Shown one piece after another: positions 9,143 to 19,296 of a stretch of DNA of 64,000 nucleotides (within the stretch, counting starts at the first letter, position 1; every line of letters begins with the position of its first letter). The notes below the pieces were generated by a model. That model did no database searches and was not told where the DNA came from. It worked only from the letters and a program-made list of their open reading frames with translations. The stretch spans positions 3,008,001-3,072,000 of the forward strand of contig OY760175.1 in NCBI GenBank assembly GCA_963663165.1, written 5' to 3'. The position numbers and the translations under genes are program-made. Source of the DNA: an uncultured Desulfospira sp. (GTDB lineage: Bacteria > Desulfobacterota > Desulfobacteria > Desulfobacterales > Desulfobacteraceae).

Positions 9143-11215
9143 ATGCCGGAACAAGAAAATCACTTAGCGCCTTTCTTACAAAGCACCCCGACCATCCTGG
9201 CGGTGAATAATTCTAAAGTACTTTGCAAAGAAATTCAAAATGCTCTGGGCGAACAGGGGTTTAACGTCATTACAGCCGAGGACGGCGTTCAGGCCTTAGA
9301 AATGTTTGAACAGGGAAACGGTCCGGATATTGATATTATTCTCACGGAAAGGTCCCTGCCCCGGATGGACGGTATTACCTTTTGCCGGAAAGTAAAAATG
9401 GACCCGGATCTGTCGGCCATTCCGGTCATTTTCCTAACCTCTAAAACCCAACCGGAAATTCAATCCCTTATTTTTGAGGCCGGTGCCAGTGATTACATTG
9501 AAAAGCCCTTTATGCCCGATGTGCTGGCTGCCAGGATATACGTTCACCTTCAAAGCCGGGTATCCAAACGATACCTGAAAAACCAGATCCGCGAACAGAC
9601 CCTTATCCTGAAAAAAGCCAAAGAAGGGGCGGAAGAGGCCAACCAGGCCAAGTCCACTTTTCTGGCCAACATGAGCCACGAAATCCGGACCCCCATGAAC
9701 GGGATCATCGGGTATACCGACCTGCTGATGGAAACCGCCTTGTCATCCCAGCAGACCGAATACGCTGAAGCCATCCGGCAAAGTGCCGAGTCGCTGCTTT
9801 CCCTCATTAACGGAATCCTGGATTTTTCAAAAATCGAAGCCGGGAAAATGGAGATCGAGGCCATCGACATGGATCTTGGCCAGACCCTGGAACCGGTATG
9901 CAAGCTCATGGCGGCCCAGGCCAGCCGGAAAAATGTGGAATTTGTCCTGACGGTCAGGGAAAACGTCCCCAATTTCTTTAAAGGTGATCCCACCCGGCTT
10001 CAACAGATCCTCACCAACCTTTGCGGCAATGCCGTTAAATTTGTGGAAAAAGGAGAAATTCTTCTCGAAATCTCCTTAGCTGAATCATCAGGGGATGATC
10101 TCCTGCTCCGGTTTGAGGTCAGCGACACGGGCATCGGTATTGGCAAAAACCAAATCAAAAGACTGTTCCAGTCCTTTACCCAAGCCGACTCATCCACCAC
10201 CAGAAAATACGGGGGAACCGGTCTTGGGCTTACGATTTCCAAACAGCTCACCGAACTCATGGGCGGCGAAATCGGCGTGGAAAGCATCCCGGGGAAAGGC
10301 TCTAATTTCTGGTTTACGGCCAAATTTAAAAAATCGCCGGACAGCGACCGGTTTGACCCCAAAATCCCCCCTGAGTTCAAATCCCTTAAATGCCTGGTGG
10401 TAGACGATACCGACTCGGTAAGACGAAGCATGAGCCGGCTGCTCATCGCCTTGGGGTGCCGGGCAGACCATGCCCAGAACGCGACCATGGCCATGGAAAA
10501 AATCATGGATGCCCAGCTTGAATCCGATCCTTATGATACGGTTTTTATTGATCAGGACATGCCCGGGCAGGACGGCAAGGCCCTGGCCGCCATGCTCCCC
10601 AATACCGAAGGCCTCCAATTGCCCGGCCTGATTTTAATGGGATATGAATCCAACCGGCTGTCCGACACAGAGCTTGAAAGTTCCGGATTCAAGGCCTGTA
10701 TCTCCAAACCGGTCAACCGGTCCAACACCATGGAAGTCCTGGCCCATGCCCACGGGATTGCCTTTGAAAAGCCGGCCGTTACACTGCCCAAAGAGCCGTC
10801 ATCCCCGCCGCCTCCCCCTGCACCGCTGCCCAAAGGCCGGGGCCTGAACGTTCTTCTGGCAGAGGACAACAAGATGAACCAGCGGGTGGCCACCAACATG
10901 CTCAAAAAAATGGGGCATACGGTCACCCTGGCCCAGAACGGCAAAGAAGCGGTGGAGCTGTTTGCAGCATCAACCTTCCACCTGATTCTCATGGACGGGC
11001 AGATGCCGGTTTTAGACGGGCTTGAAGCCACACGGATGATCCGAAAATTAGAAGCCGAAAACAAGTCCCCGAGAATCCCCATTATCGCTTTGACCGCCAA
11101 TGCCATGGCCGGAGACCGGGAACGGTTCCTGGCGTCGGGAATGGATGATTATATCCCCAAACCGTTTAAACGCGAGGCCCTTTCAAAGGTTTTAGACCAA
11201 TTCCAACTTCAATGA
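9143..11215 (+). CDS. Cytoplasmic hybrid histidine kinase (pseudo-REC, HisKA, HATPase, REC, REC)
   Basis: [15 protein letters not shown]-box, N/G1/F/G2 boxes, two canonical C-terminal receiver domains, degenerate N-terminal receiver. Confidence 0.93.
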   Translation: MPEQENHLAPFLQSTPTILAVNNSKVLCKEIQNALGEQGFNVITAEDGVQALEMFEQGNGPDIDIILTERSLPRMDGITFCRKVKMDPDLSAIPVIFLTSKTQPEIQSLIFEAGASDYIEKPFMPDVLAARIYVHLQSRVSKRYLKNQIREQTLILKKAKEGAEEANQAKSTFLANMSHEIRTPMNGIIGYTDLLMETALSSQQTEYAEAIRQSAESLLSLINGILDFSKIEAGKMEIEAIDMDLGQTLEPVCKLMAAQASRKNVEFVLTVRENVPNFFKGDPTRLQQILTNLCGNAVKFVEKGEILLEISLAESSGDDLLLRFEVSDTGIGIGKNQIKRLFQSFTQADSSTTRKYGGTGLGLTISKQLTELMGGEIGVESIPGKGSNFWFTAKFKKSPDSDRFDPKIPPEFKSLKCLVVDDTDSVRRSMSRLLIALGCRADHAQNATMAMEKIMDAQLESDPYDTVFIDQDMPGQDGKALAAMLPNTEGLQLPGLILMGYESNRLSDTELESSGFKACISKPVNRSNTMEVLAHAHGIAFEKPAVTLPKEPSSPPPPPAPLPKGRGLNVLLAEDNKMNQRVATNMLKKMGHTVTLAQNGKEAVELFAASTFHLILMDGQMPVLDGLEATRMIRKLEAENKSPRIPIIALTANAMAGDRERFLASGMDDYIPKPFKREALSKVLDQFQLQ

Positions 11216-12957
11216 ACCTGATTCTTCCTTACTTTAAAAAAAACATTGATAAAATTCTTCTGGGAGTGGTCTGCATGATCCTGGTGGACGCCGCCCAGAT
11301 CCTGATTCCCCAGATTATCAAAAAAGCCGTGGACGCCCTTGCCCAGTCCCGGATGGACCCGTCCGCCCTCATGACCCAGTCCGCCATCATCTTTGCTTTG
11401 GCCATGGCCATGGCCCTGCTTCGGTATGTCTGGCGGGTCCTTCTCATGGGCAGTGCCAGGGATGTTGAAACCGGTTTGCGGGGCCAGTTGTTCAGCCATA
11501 TTCTAAAACTCCCCCCCCGCTTTTTTGACCAGACCCGGACCGGGGATATCATGTCCCATGCCACCTCGGATATCAACCATGTGCGCATGGCCTTTGGATT
11601 CGGTATTATTGTCCTGGTGGACACCATTCTTATGGGCGGGGCCACCATAGGGATTATGATCGCAACCCACCCCAAGCTTACGCTCCTTTCCATGCTCCCC
11701 ATGCCCTTTCTCATTTATTTTACCAAAATTCTGGGGCGAAAGATGCACGATTATCATAAGACCGCCCAGGAATCCCTGTCCATGCTTACGGAAATGGTCC
11801 GGGAAAGTTTTTTCGGAATCCGGGTGATCAAGGTGTTTAACTTTGAACCGGCAGCAGATAAAAAGCTGGCCCTTGCCGCCGGGGATTATTTTACGAAAAA
11901 TCTGAAACGGGCGGTTGTCACCGCGCTGTTAAAGCCGTTAATGGTCTTTTTTTTCAACCTCTCCACCCTGGCCATTATCGGTTACGGGGGCGTTCTGGTC
12001 ATGGAGCAGCAGCTTACCCCCGGGGAACTGGTGGCCTTTCTCCAGTACATAGGGCTTCTGGCCTGGCCGGCCATTGCCGTGGGCTGGATGATCAACCTGT
12101 ACCAGCGGGGCATGGCCTCTTTAAAACGGATCGGCACCCTTTTGGAAGCCCGCCCTGAAGCCCTGGATTCAGATGATCTGGTTCATGGCGTTGCCCTCAA
12201 AGGAGACATGGTGTTTGAAAACGCCTGTTTTGAATACACGGCGGCCGTTCCGGTCCTGTCGGACATCAGCCTTGCCGTAAAGCCGGGCATGCCCGTGGGC
12301 ATCACAGGCCCCCCGGGATCGGGAAAAACCAGCCTGGTTCAGCTCATTGCCGGGCTGTATCCTTTAACCAAGGGACGGCTTCTTATAGACGGCCGCAACA
12401 TTGGCGAATTTCAAACCAGTGACTTGAGAAGACAAATCAATTTCATGTCCCAGGAACCGTTTTTATTTTCCGGAACCCTGAAGGAAAACATTCTCATGGG
12501 CCGGGATATCAAAGGCCCTGACTTAGACCGGATTATCAATATCTGCGACCTTGCCCGGACCATTGACCGGATGCCGGACAAGCTGGATACCGTGGTGGGA
12601 GAACGGGGGGTGACCCTGTCCGGGGGGCAGAAACAGCGCCTGGCCCTGGCAAGGACCCTGGCAAGCCCTGCGCCCATTACCATTCTGGATGACCCCGTAA
12701 GCCAGCTCGATATTGATACAGCCCAAAGGGTTATGGCCGGCATCGCCGCAGAATTTAAAAAAATGAGCCCCTGCCCCAGCCTGATCATCATCTCCCACAG
12801 GCTTTCGGCCCTGGCAGAATGTGAACGGATTTTTATTCTCGATAACGGGCGGATTACGGACCAGGGAAGGCATGAGGACCTGATCCGGACCAGCCAGTAT
12901 TACCGGAAAACCTTCAACATCCAGCAGTTCGAAAAAGAGGCGGCCGCTCATGGATAA
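11212..12957 (+). CDS. ABC exporter, fused TMD-NBD (MdlA/YheI-like half)
   Basis: TM region, [16 protein letters not shown], non-canonical Walker B ILDD, SHR switch. Confidence 0.93.
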   Translation: MNLILPYFKKNIDKILLGVVCMILVDAAQILIPQIIKKAVDALAQSRMDPSALMTQSAIIFALAMAMALLRYVWRVLLMGSARDVETGLRGQLFSHILKLPPRFFDQTRTGDIMSHATSDINHVRMAFGFGIIVLVDTILMGGATIGIMIATHPKLTLLSMLPMPFLIYFTKILGRKMHDYHKTAQESLSMLTEMVRESFFGIRVIKVFNFEPAADKKLALAAGDYFTKNLKRAVVTALLKPLMVFFFNLSTLAIIGYGGVLVMEQQLTPGELVAFLQYIGLLAWPAIAVGWMINLYQRGMASLKRIGTLLEARPEALDSDDLVHGVALKGDMVFENACFEYTAAVPVLSDISLAVKPGMPVGITGPPGSGKTSLVQLIAGLYPLTKGRLLIDGRNIGEFQTSDLRRQINFMSQEPFLFSGTLKENILMGRDIKGPDLDRIINICDLARTIDRMPDKLDTVVGERGVTLSGGQKQRLALARTLASPAPITILDDPVSQLDIDTAQRVMAGIAAEFKKMSPCPSLIIISHRLSALAECERIFILDNGRITDQGRHEDLIRTSQYYRKTFNIQQFEKEAAAHG

Positions 12958-14755
12958 CACCGTCTTAGAAGAAAAAGAGGTCAAGCTGGCCAACACGGCC
13001 CTTGCCCGGGCCCTGTGGCCCTATATCCGGCCCTATGCCTGGATGCTGCTGATCTCCTCGTTTCTGGCCCTGGCCGTTACCGGTTTTGAACTGATCATTC
13101 CCCTGTTGATTCAAAAGGCCCTGGACGGATTTATTCTGCCGGCAGGCCCGGTCCCCGGCACCCGATTCTTTGGCATTGAATTTACGACATTCAAAGGCTT
13201 TGGCCTTCTTTTTTTCGGCCTGGTCCTGGCCGAGTTCGGCATCAGTTTTTTCCAGACCCTGTTCATGGAGTATACGGGCCAGAAAATCATTTTAAACCTG
13301 CGGTGCCGTCTTTTTTCCCATATGGCCCGGCTGCCCGTGGCCTACTTTGACAAAAACGCCAGCGGCCGGCTGGTGTCAAGGGTGGCTTCAGACATTGAAA
13401 ACATGAACGAAATGTTCACATCGGTCCTGATATTCATGGCCAAGGACATGGTTCTCATGGCCGGGGGCATAGCGGCCATGATTTATCTTGCCCCGGGGGC
13501 GGCCTTGCCCCTCATGGGGACGATTCCCATTATCCTGGCAGCGGCCATCCTCTTTTCAAGGGCGGCCCGGGGGGCTTTCAGGACCATCCGCCAGAAAATC
13601 GGGGAAATCAACCACCAGTTTTCAGAGGCCGTTACCGGCATTAAAGTGATCCAGACCATTCCGGCCGGGCCCGCCTTTATCAGGCGGTTCAACCGCCTCA
13701 ATCTGGCACATTTCAAGGCAGCTTTGTTCCAGATCAAGCTGTTTGCCCTGTTCATGCCCTTTATCGGATTCATGGCCACGGCCATGACGGCGGGCATGCT
13801 CTGGAAAGGCGGATTCTCCGTTATGGAAAACGCCCTGACCATTGGGGAGCTGACCGCCATTTTAACCTACATTAAAATATTTTTCCGTCCCCTAAGGGAG
13901 CTTGCCGAAAAGTTCAACCTGCTCCAGAACGCCCTGGCCTCGGCCGAGCGGATCGTTACAGTGTTAAATCAACGCCAGGCAAACAGTGCTGACCATATCC
14001 CCCAAAGGAAGATACCGGCCCCCATTACCGCCATCACCCGGATTGAATTTGACCATATCGGGTTTTCCTATAAAAAAGGAATACCGGTATTAAAGGACAT
14101 CTCCTTTTGTCTTGAGCAGGGAAAATCCATAGGAATCGCCGGCCGGACCGGGGCGGGGAAAAGCTCGATCATCAACCTGTTGACCGGATTTTACCCGCCC
14201 GATTCAGGCCAAATCCTCATCAACGGAACCGACCTTGGAAGGCTTGACATCGCAGCGGTCCGGGCCAGAACCGCCCTGGTCATGCAGGACCCCATCCTGT
14301 TTTCCGGAACCATCCGGGACAATATCCGCTCCTGGGGCACCGACCTTGGCGATACCCTTCTTGAATCCGCCCTGGAAAAGGCGGGATGCCGGTTTTTGTT
14401 TGAAAAATTTAAGGGCCTTGACACAGAACTCAAAGAAGGTGGCAATCCGCTTTCCAGCGGAGAAAAGCAGCTGGTCTGCATTGCCCGGGCATTTGCCTTT
14501 GACCCGGATCTGATTATCTTTGACGAGGCCACCTCTTATATGGATTCTGCTTCTGAGCAGGCCATTCACCAGGCCATGGAAAAACTGCTCTGCAACCGGA
14601 TGTCCATCCTCATCGCCCACCGCCTGTCCACCATCCGGAACTGCGACACCATCCTGCTGCTGTCCAAAGGCACCATCCGGGAACAGGGCTCCCACCAGAA
14701 GCTGGTGGGTCTTGGCGGGGAATACTTTCATCTGCTGCAAAAAGAGAATATATAG
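12950..14755 (+). CDS. ABC exporter, fused TMD-NBD (MdlB/YheH-like half)
   Basis: GRTGAGKSS, degenerate signature LSSGEKQ, IFDEATS, AHRLST; overlaps the preceding gene, so a heterodimer is likely. Confidence 0.93.
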   Translation: MDNTVLEEKEVKLANTALARALWPYIRPYAWMLLISSFLALAVTGFELIIPLLIQKALDGFILPAGPVPGTRFFGIEFTTFKGFGLLFFGLVLAEFGISFFQTLFMEYTGQKIILNLRCRLFSHMARLPVAYFDKNASGRLVSRVASDIENMNEMFTSVLIFMAKDMVLMAGGIAAMIYLAPGAALPLMGTIPIILAAAILFSRAARGAFRTIRQKIGEINHQFSEAVTGIKVIQTIPAGPAFIRRFNRLNLAHFKAALFQIKLFALFMPFIGFMATAMTAGMLWKGGFSVMENALTIGELTAILTYIKIFFRPLRELAEKFNLLQNALASAERIVTVLNQRQANSADHIPQRKIPAPITAITRIEFDHIGFSYKKGIPVLKDISFCLEQGKSIGIAGRTGAGKSSIINLLTGFYPPDSGQILINGTDLGRLDIAAVRARTALVMQDPILFSGTIRDNIRSWGTDLGDTLLESALEKAGCRFLFEKFKGLDTELKEGGNPLSSGEKQLVCIARAFAFDPDLIIFDEATSYMDSASEQAIHQAMEKLLCNRMSILIAHRLSTIRNCDTILLLSKGTIREQGSHQKLVGLGGEYFHLLQKENI

Positions 14756-14785
14756 ATGGACTGGGCCGTATGGAAATACATTGAC

Positions 14786-14963
14786 TAACGGCCACGGGCC
14801 GATTGGATTGTTAATCCGGTTCGGCCCACAACAAAGCATGAAAGAATTACAGCAGCTTGCAGATTCTTTCATATAACCGTCACGGACGGCTTGGATTATC
14901 CAACCAAGCACCGTCCACAACAAATATTGAAAGTCTTCTCAGGACGTTAGTGAGACTTTCATA
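14786..14963. repeat. Two tandem ~90-bp structured repeat units (family also at 38192-38594)
   Basis: Units 14786-14873 and 14874-14963: TAACsGyCACGGrC, hairpin, CCACAACAAA, TGAAAG...CTTTCATA hairpin. 14915-14966 is identical (52 bp) to 38456-38507. Confidence 0.9.
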
Positions 14964-14966
14964 TAA

Positions 14967-14999
14967 AAACAACCACCGGCTCAAAGCCGGTGGTTGTTT
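14967..14999. terminator. Perfect 15-bp-stem hairpin: bidirectional terminator or IS200/IS605-type end hairpin
   Basis: AAACAACCACCGGCT-CAA-AGCCGGTGGTTGTTT, downstream of the ABC operon. Confidence 0.55.
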
Positions 15000-15067
15000 A
15001 GTTCATATAAAGATTTTGACAACTCTGCGGCCCTGATAAAGATTCTGGACAAAACCGGGAGAGGATA

Positions 15068-15494
15068 CTATTTTCAGGATTATGATAATGACCAACCCCG
15101 GCAGGGTAACCGACCCCAACAGTATGGAAACAACCCTCACCTATGACGGCCGGAACCGGCTGCTGAACATGGTTACGGATGGAAAGACCGAGTCCAGAAC
15201 CTATACGGCAGCCGGGCTGGTCAAGACACTGACCGACGGGGCCGGCCGGACCCTTCAGTATGGTTACAACAGCAGCCACGGCCTGCCGGAAACGCTTGCA
15301 AATCCAACCGGGGAGTACGTATCCTATGCCTATGATATCAACTACAACCTGATCTCAAAAACCCTGAACAATGGCCAGGGAATCCGGACATGGTACCTGG
15401 GCCGGGATTATGGTGACCCTGCAAGCAACACGGATCTTTCAGCAGGGAAGCCCTGGAAAACCATTGTCCGCAACCAGGCTGACACGGAAGATCT
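15068..15494 (+). pseudogene. RHS/YD-repeat protein fragment
   Basis: VTDPNSMETTLTYDGRNRL, YTAAGLVKTLTDGAGRTLQYGY, SYAYDINYNL repeats. The 5' end (YFQDYDND) is in another frame; the 3' end runs into the transposase inverted repeat. No core C-terminus or toxin tip. Confidence 0.8.
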
Positions 15495-16320
15495 GGAAAA
15501 TGGGGTCAGAGTAAAATTAGGAAAATGGGGTCAGAGTAAAATTAAATATTGAATTATTTCATTACAATGATAAATTAAGCCCATGGCACGATTACAACGA
15601 ATAGCTCCAAAAAATATTCCAATTCATATCGTCAGAGGGGAAACAACCGACAGGTGTGTTTTGGGTCGGATGATAATCACGCGGCATATGTAGCGTGGTT
15701 AAAGGAATACTCAAAGAAATATAAAGTTGATGTGCATGCCTGGGCAATGATGAGCAACCACGTTCACCTGTTGTGCACTCCCCGGCAGGAAAAATCAATA
15801 AGCAGCATGATGCAGGCTTTGGGCCGCCGGTATGTTCGTTATTTTAATTATGAATACCAGCGAACCGGTACCCTTTGGGAAGGACGTTATAAATCATGCC
15901 TGATTGAATCGGAAACCTATCTTCTTACGGTCTATAGATATATTGAGCTTAATCCGGTGAGAGCCGGAATGGTTTTATCTCCAGGAGACTATCGCTGGTC
16001 CAGCTACCGAATTAATGCCTTGGGAAAAGCATCTGATTTGTGCGTACCCCACCCGGAGTATATGATGCTTGGAAGAAATTCCAGGGAACGTTGTGAAAAA
16101 TACAATTTATTATTTGAACACGATATTCATAAACAAGAAGTAGAGCTGATCAGAAAAGCTACCAATAAAGGCATGGTTGTGGGTAATGACCGATTCAGAA
16201 ACGAGATTGAGACATTGACGGGCAGAAGGGTCAGGGAAAAAAGGAGGGGCAGGCCCCCTGGATGGCGAAAGTCTGATATTTAATTTTACTCTGACCCCAT
16301 GACCCCGACCCCATGACCCC
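15495..16320 (+). mobile_element. Small element carrying a Y1/HUH (RAYT-like) transposase between 25-bp inverted repeats
   Basis: ATGGGGTCAGAGTAAAATTAAATAT (15525-15549) and its exact reverse complement (16276-16300). The left end has a 25-bp tandem duplication (15495-15519, 15520-15544); the right end has extra GACCCC stutters to 16320. Confidence 0.85.
15583..16283 (+). pseudogene. REP-associated tyrosine transposase-like (Y1_Tnp, IS200-related), one frameshift near the 5' end
   Basis: ATG 15583 gives MARLQRIAPKNIPIHIV; QRGNNRQVCF continues in another frame from 15633. HUH motif MSNHVHLL, GTLWEGRY, RYIELNPVRAG, YRWSSY, C-terminal RRGRPP. Confidence 0.85.
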
Positions 16321-16682
16321 AATTTTTTCTGTTCGTCCGTGTGAGTCCCTGTTTTTCTATCCTGTCCAAAATTGAGATTACTCTAAAGGACCGTTCGATT
16401 TCGATTTCGATTTCAACTATCCAGGCAGGAGGATAGATTAAAATTACAAACGATGAATAATTGGGATCAAAGCAAAATTAAACTTACCGGGAACGGATAC
16501 GGTATCTTGCTTTTAATCATGCCAGATTATCATTGCATGAACAAAACACGCGCGATATAACCCCACAGCAGGAATTGACATGACAGGGATCTGGGACATA
16601 CCGACCCGGGCGTCTTCCGATATGGAATGACAGATAAGACCCGTTGACCATAACATTAACTTAAAATAATACTCATAAATCC

Positions 16683-17414
16683 ATGGAATCAAAATCTTCG
16701 ATAGTCAAATTAGTGGTGGAAAAACATGCGGGATTCTTGCTGGGCCTGATTTTATTAGGACTGGCCCTGGTTTACTTTGGCGCACAGAATGGAAGCAATC
16801 TTCTCATTGCCGTCGGCGGCTCTTTATTTGGCGGCGGTGTCAGCAGCTTTATTGCAAAACTGGATGGGGATGAATTCCAAAACAAAACATTGGCCATTAT
16901 CACAGAATCACTGGATGCCAAACTCATATCTGAGGAATCAAAAATAAAAAAATACCGTCAAAAATGGCATTTTTATTACCGGACATCTGTAGAGAAACGG
17001 CATCAATGGCGCCATGTCCTGTGGGATTTCCAGGAGGTTAAAATAATCGGACAATTAACCGGTGTCGAACAAACCGTTGACCTTGATGGAGAAACGGTTG
17101 AATATATAATGGAAGGGGTGGTACGGGATAACCGGCTGGTTGTTTTTGACAAAGCCAAAGACAGCGATGAAATAGCCGCTGTGATTGTTATTCCATTTAT
17201 GGGCGACCGGTTTTACAAATTTCACCCCGGTCTGCAGATTCATAAAACATGGGACGGCGGCGACAGCATCAGTCCTGTTCTGATTTCGAAAACACCATTG
17301 TCGTTCTGCCCCCAGGACGGCATTATTGATGAAACATATGAAACAGAGCTTGATCAATTGTGGAAAGATAATATGCTGGCTCAAACAGATGTTTTTAAAG
17401 ATATTTTAAATTAA
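16683..17414 (+). CDS. Hypothetical protein: two N-terminal TM helices plus a beta-strand-rich soluble domain
   Basis: 243-aa ORF, visibly AT-richer than flanking genes; hydrophobic segments GFLLGLILLGLALVYFG and LLIAVGGSLFGGGVSSFI. Confidence 0.75.
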   Translation: MESKSSIVKLVVEKHAGFLLGLILLGLALVYFGAQNGSNLLIAVGGSLFGGGVSSFIAKLDGDEFQNKTLAIITESLDAKLISEESKIKKYRQKWHFYYRTSVEKRHQWRHVLWDFQEVKIIGQLTGVEQTVDLDGETVEYIMEGVVRDNRLVVFDKAKDSDEIAAVIVIPFMGDRFYKFHPGLQIHKTWDGGDSISPVLISKTPLSFCPQDGIIDETYETELDQLWKDNMLAQTDVFKDILN

Positions 17415-17487
17415 AAAACGGGGTGCCCCTTCACCCGGAAATATCCGGACGATGGGGGATTTGGGCCGGAAGCGAAAAGAGGATGGA

Positions 17488-19050
17488 ATGCCATTGTTAA
17501 AATCGCGCGTTATCTTGCGAAACATCATGCTGGCCGGCAATACGGCCGTTGGCCTGTATGGACTGGCCGTATTCTTTGCCATCAAAGAATTCGGGGTGGC
17601 CCTTGCCCCGGACAGGGTGGCCCCGAATTTGTTTCACATCCACCTGGTCTGTTTTGGCATGGTGTTCCTGGTTCAGGCGGGGGCAACCGTTTATTATGAG
17701 GCCCCGCTGCGGTTATTTTTATCCAGAGGGCAAAACATAGAAGACACGGATGACGGCGTTTTGCTGGTATGCCGGAAACGCATCTTAAACGAGCCTTTTT
17801 TCCTTTTGCTCCTGGATATGGGGGCATGGACTCTGGCGGCGTTGCTGCATGGCCTGTTCTTTTATTTTTACGGCGTGACCGTCACGTTCCTGATTCGCAT
17901 TTCCTGCCAGATTATCCTGATCGGCGTAGTCACAACGGCCATGGCCTTTTTCGTGCTGGAGTGGATTTTGACCGCCTGCCTGGTTCACACCTTTTTTCCC
18001 CGGGGCGGTCTGCACAAGACCCCCGGCACCTTCAGGATCAAAATCAGCACCCGCCTGATCGCCCTGTTTATCGGCATCAGCTTTATTCCTTTGACGGCTT
18101 TTTTCCTGATGAGCATGTCCACCCGGTCATCGCCGCTGCCGGCCGAAGCGCTGATTGATCTTTACCGCACGGCCATTGAGTACAACACGGCCGGATTCCT
18201 CCTGGAGGGGATTATCCTGGTCTGGCTGGTGGGAACCAGCCTCACCCGGCCTTTTTCGGACATCATCCGGCAGTTGTCCCGCATCAGCAGCGGGGAGTTT
18301 GCCGGCCGGATACCGGTTTCCACCAACGATGAAATCGGGTACACCTCAGAAATTATCAATGAGATGACCGAAGGGCTGATGGAGCGGGAGCTGATTAAAG
18401 ACGCCTTTGGCCGATACGTTTCTGAAGATATCCGGGATGCGGTCCTGTCCGGAAGCATTCCCCTGGACGGCGAACAAAAGGAGGTGACCGTCCTGTTTGC
18501 CGATCTGGCAAATTTTACCCCGCTGATCGAAAACCATGATCCCAAACAGTCCGTTGCCATGATGAACCGGTATTTTTCCCAAATGGAGCAGGCGGTGAAG
18601 GCTAACAACGGCCTGGTTCTCCAGTTTATCGGCGATGAAATTTATGCAGTCTTCGGGGCGCCGGTGGCAGATGAGAACCATCCCGCCAACGCCGTTAAGG
18701 CCGCCCTGGAAATGGAACATAACCTTGCCGCCTTAAACCGGCAGTTTGAGGCCGAAGGCCTGCCGGCATTCTCCCACCGCATAGGGCTTCATTCGGGCAG
18801 CGCCCTGGCGGCCAACATGGGAAGCCCGGACCGGATGTCCTACCTTTTGGTGGGCAATACCGTGAACATCGCCGCCCGGCTCCAGGAACTCAACAAAACC
18901 TTTGGCACCCGGATCATCATATCGGGAAAGATGTTTGAAAAACTGTTACCGGACGCGCGTGCCGCCATTAAGTCCGTTTCATTAGGACAAGCCCCTGTAA
19001 AAGGGATCAAAGACCCCATTGCGGTATATTCTATAACGGCCATACCCTAA
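17488..19050 (+). CDS. Membrane-bound class III nucleotide cyclase (multi-TM, HAMP, cyclase domain)
   Basis: VTVLFADL, FIGDE, RIGLHSG, GNTVNIAARLQ, VKG; HAMP (TNDEIG). Start set at ATG 17488 (AGAGGA upstream); the ORF is open from 17452. Confidence 0.9.
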   Translation: MPLLKSRVILRNIMLAGNTAVGLYGLAVFFAIKEFGVALAPDRVAPNLFHIHLVCFGMVFLVQAGATVYYEAPLRLFLSRGQNIEDTDDGVLLVCRKRILNEPFFLLLLDMGAWTLAALLHGLFFYFYGVTVTFLIRISCQIILIGVVTTAMAFFVLEWILTACLVHTFFPRGGLHKTPGTFRIKISTRLIALFIGISFIPLTAFFLMSMSTRSSPLPAEALIDLYRTAIEYNTAGFLLEGIILVWLVGTSLTRPFSDIIRQLSRISSGEFAGRIPVSTNDEIGYTSEIINEMTEGLMERELIKDAFGRYVSEDIRDAVLSGSIPLDGEQKEVTVLFADLANFTPLIENHDPKQSVAMMNRYFSQMEQAVKANNGLVLQFIGDEIYAVFGAPVADENHPANAVKAALEMEHNLAALNRQFEAEGLPAFSHRIGLHSGSALAANMGSPDRMSYLLVGNTVNIAARLQELNKTFGTRIIISGKMFEKLLPDARAAIKSVSLGQAPVKGIKDPIAVYSITAIP

Positions 19051-19296
19051 AGGGCAGAAATCGGGCCGCTTTGGTTATCCAGCCGGGAACCGCCCTTAAC
19101 GAATATTGTTAATTTCTTAAAAAAACATTATCCTGACCACCGTCAGGCATGATAGTCATAAATATCTGCATGGGCCGACAGCCCATTACCCGAAATGAAA
19201 GTCATGAAGGTCACGGAACCTGCGGCCCTAACAGCCTTTTGCCCCAAACCCCTTCAGCCTTTCACAAAAATATTCAAGCATGAAAGGAACCTTGCC

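Noticed and set aside
11212..14755. Degenerate ABC motifs as a sign of pseudogenisation
   Set aside because: One degenerate nucleotide site (Walker B Asp in one half, altered signature in the other) is normal for heterodimeric exporters.
14786..14963. Integron attC sites or tRNA genes
   Set aside because: No RYYYAAC/GTTRRRY ends enclosing a single long hairpin, no cassette ORFs between units, no integrase, and no cloverleaf or T-loop motif.
16395..16416. TTCGAT hexamer run
   Set aside because: Only about 3.5 units with no further context; treated as a simple microsatellite.
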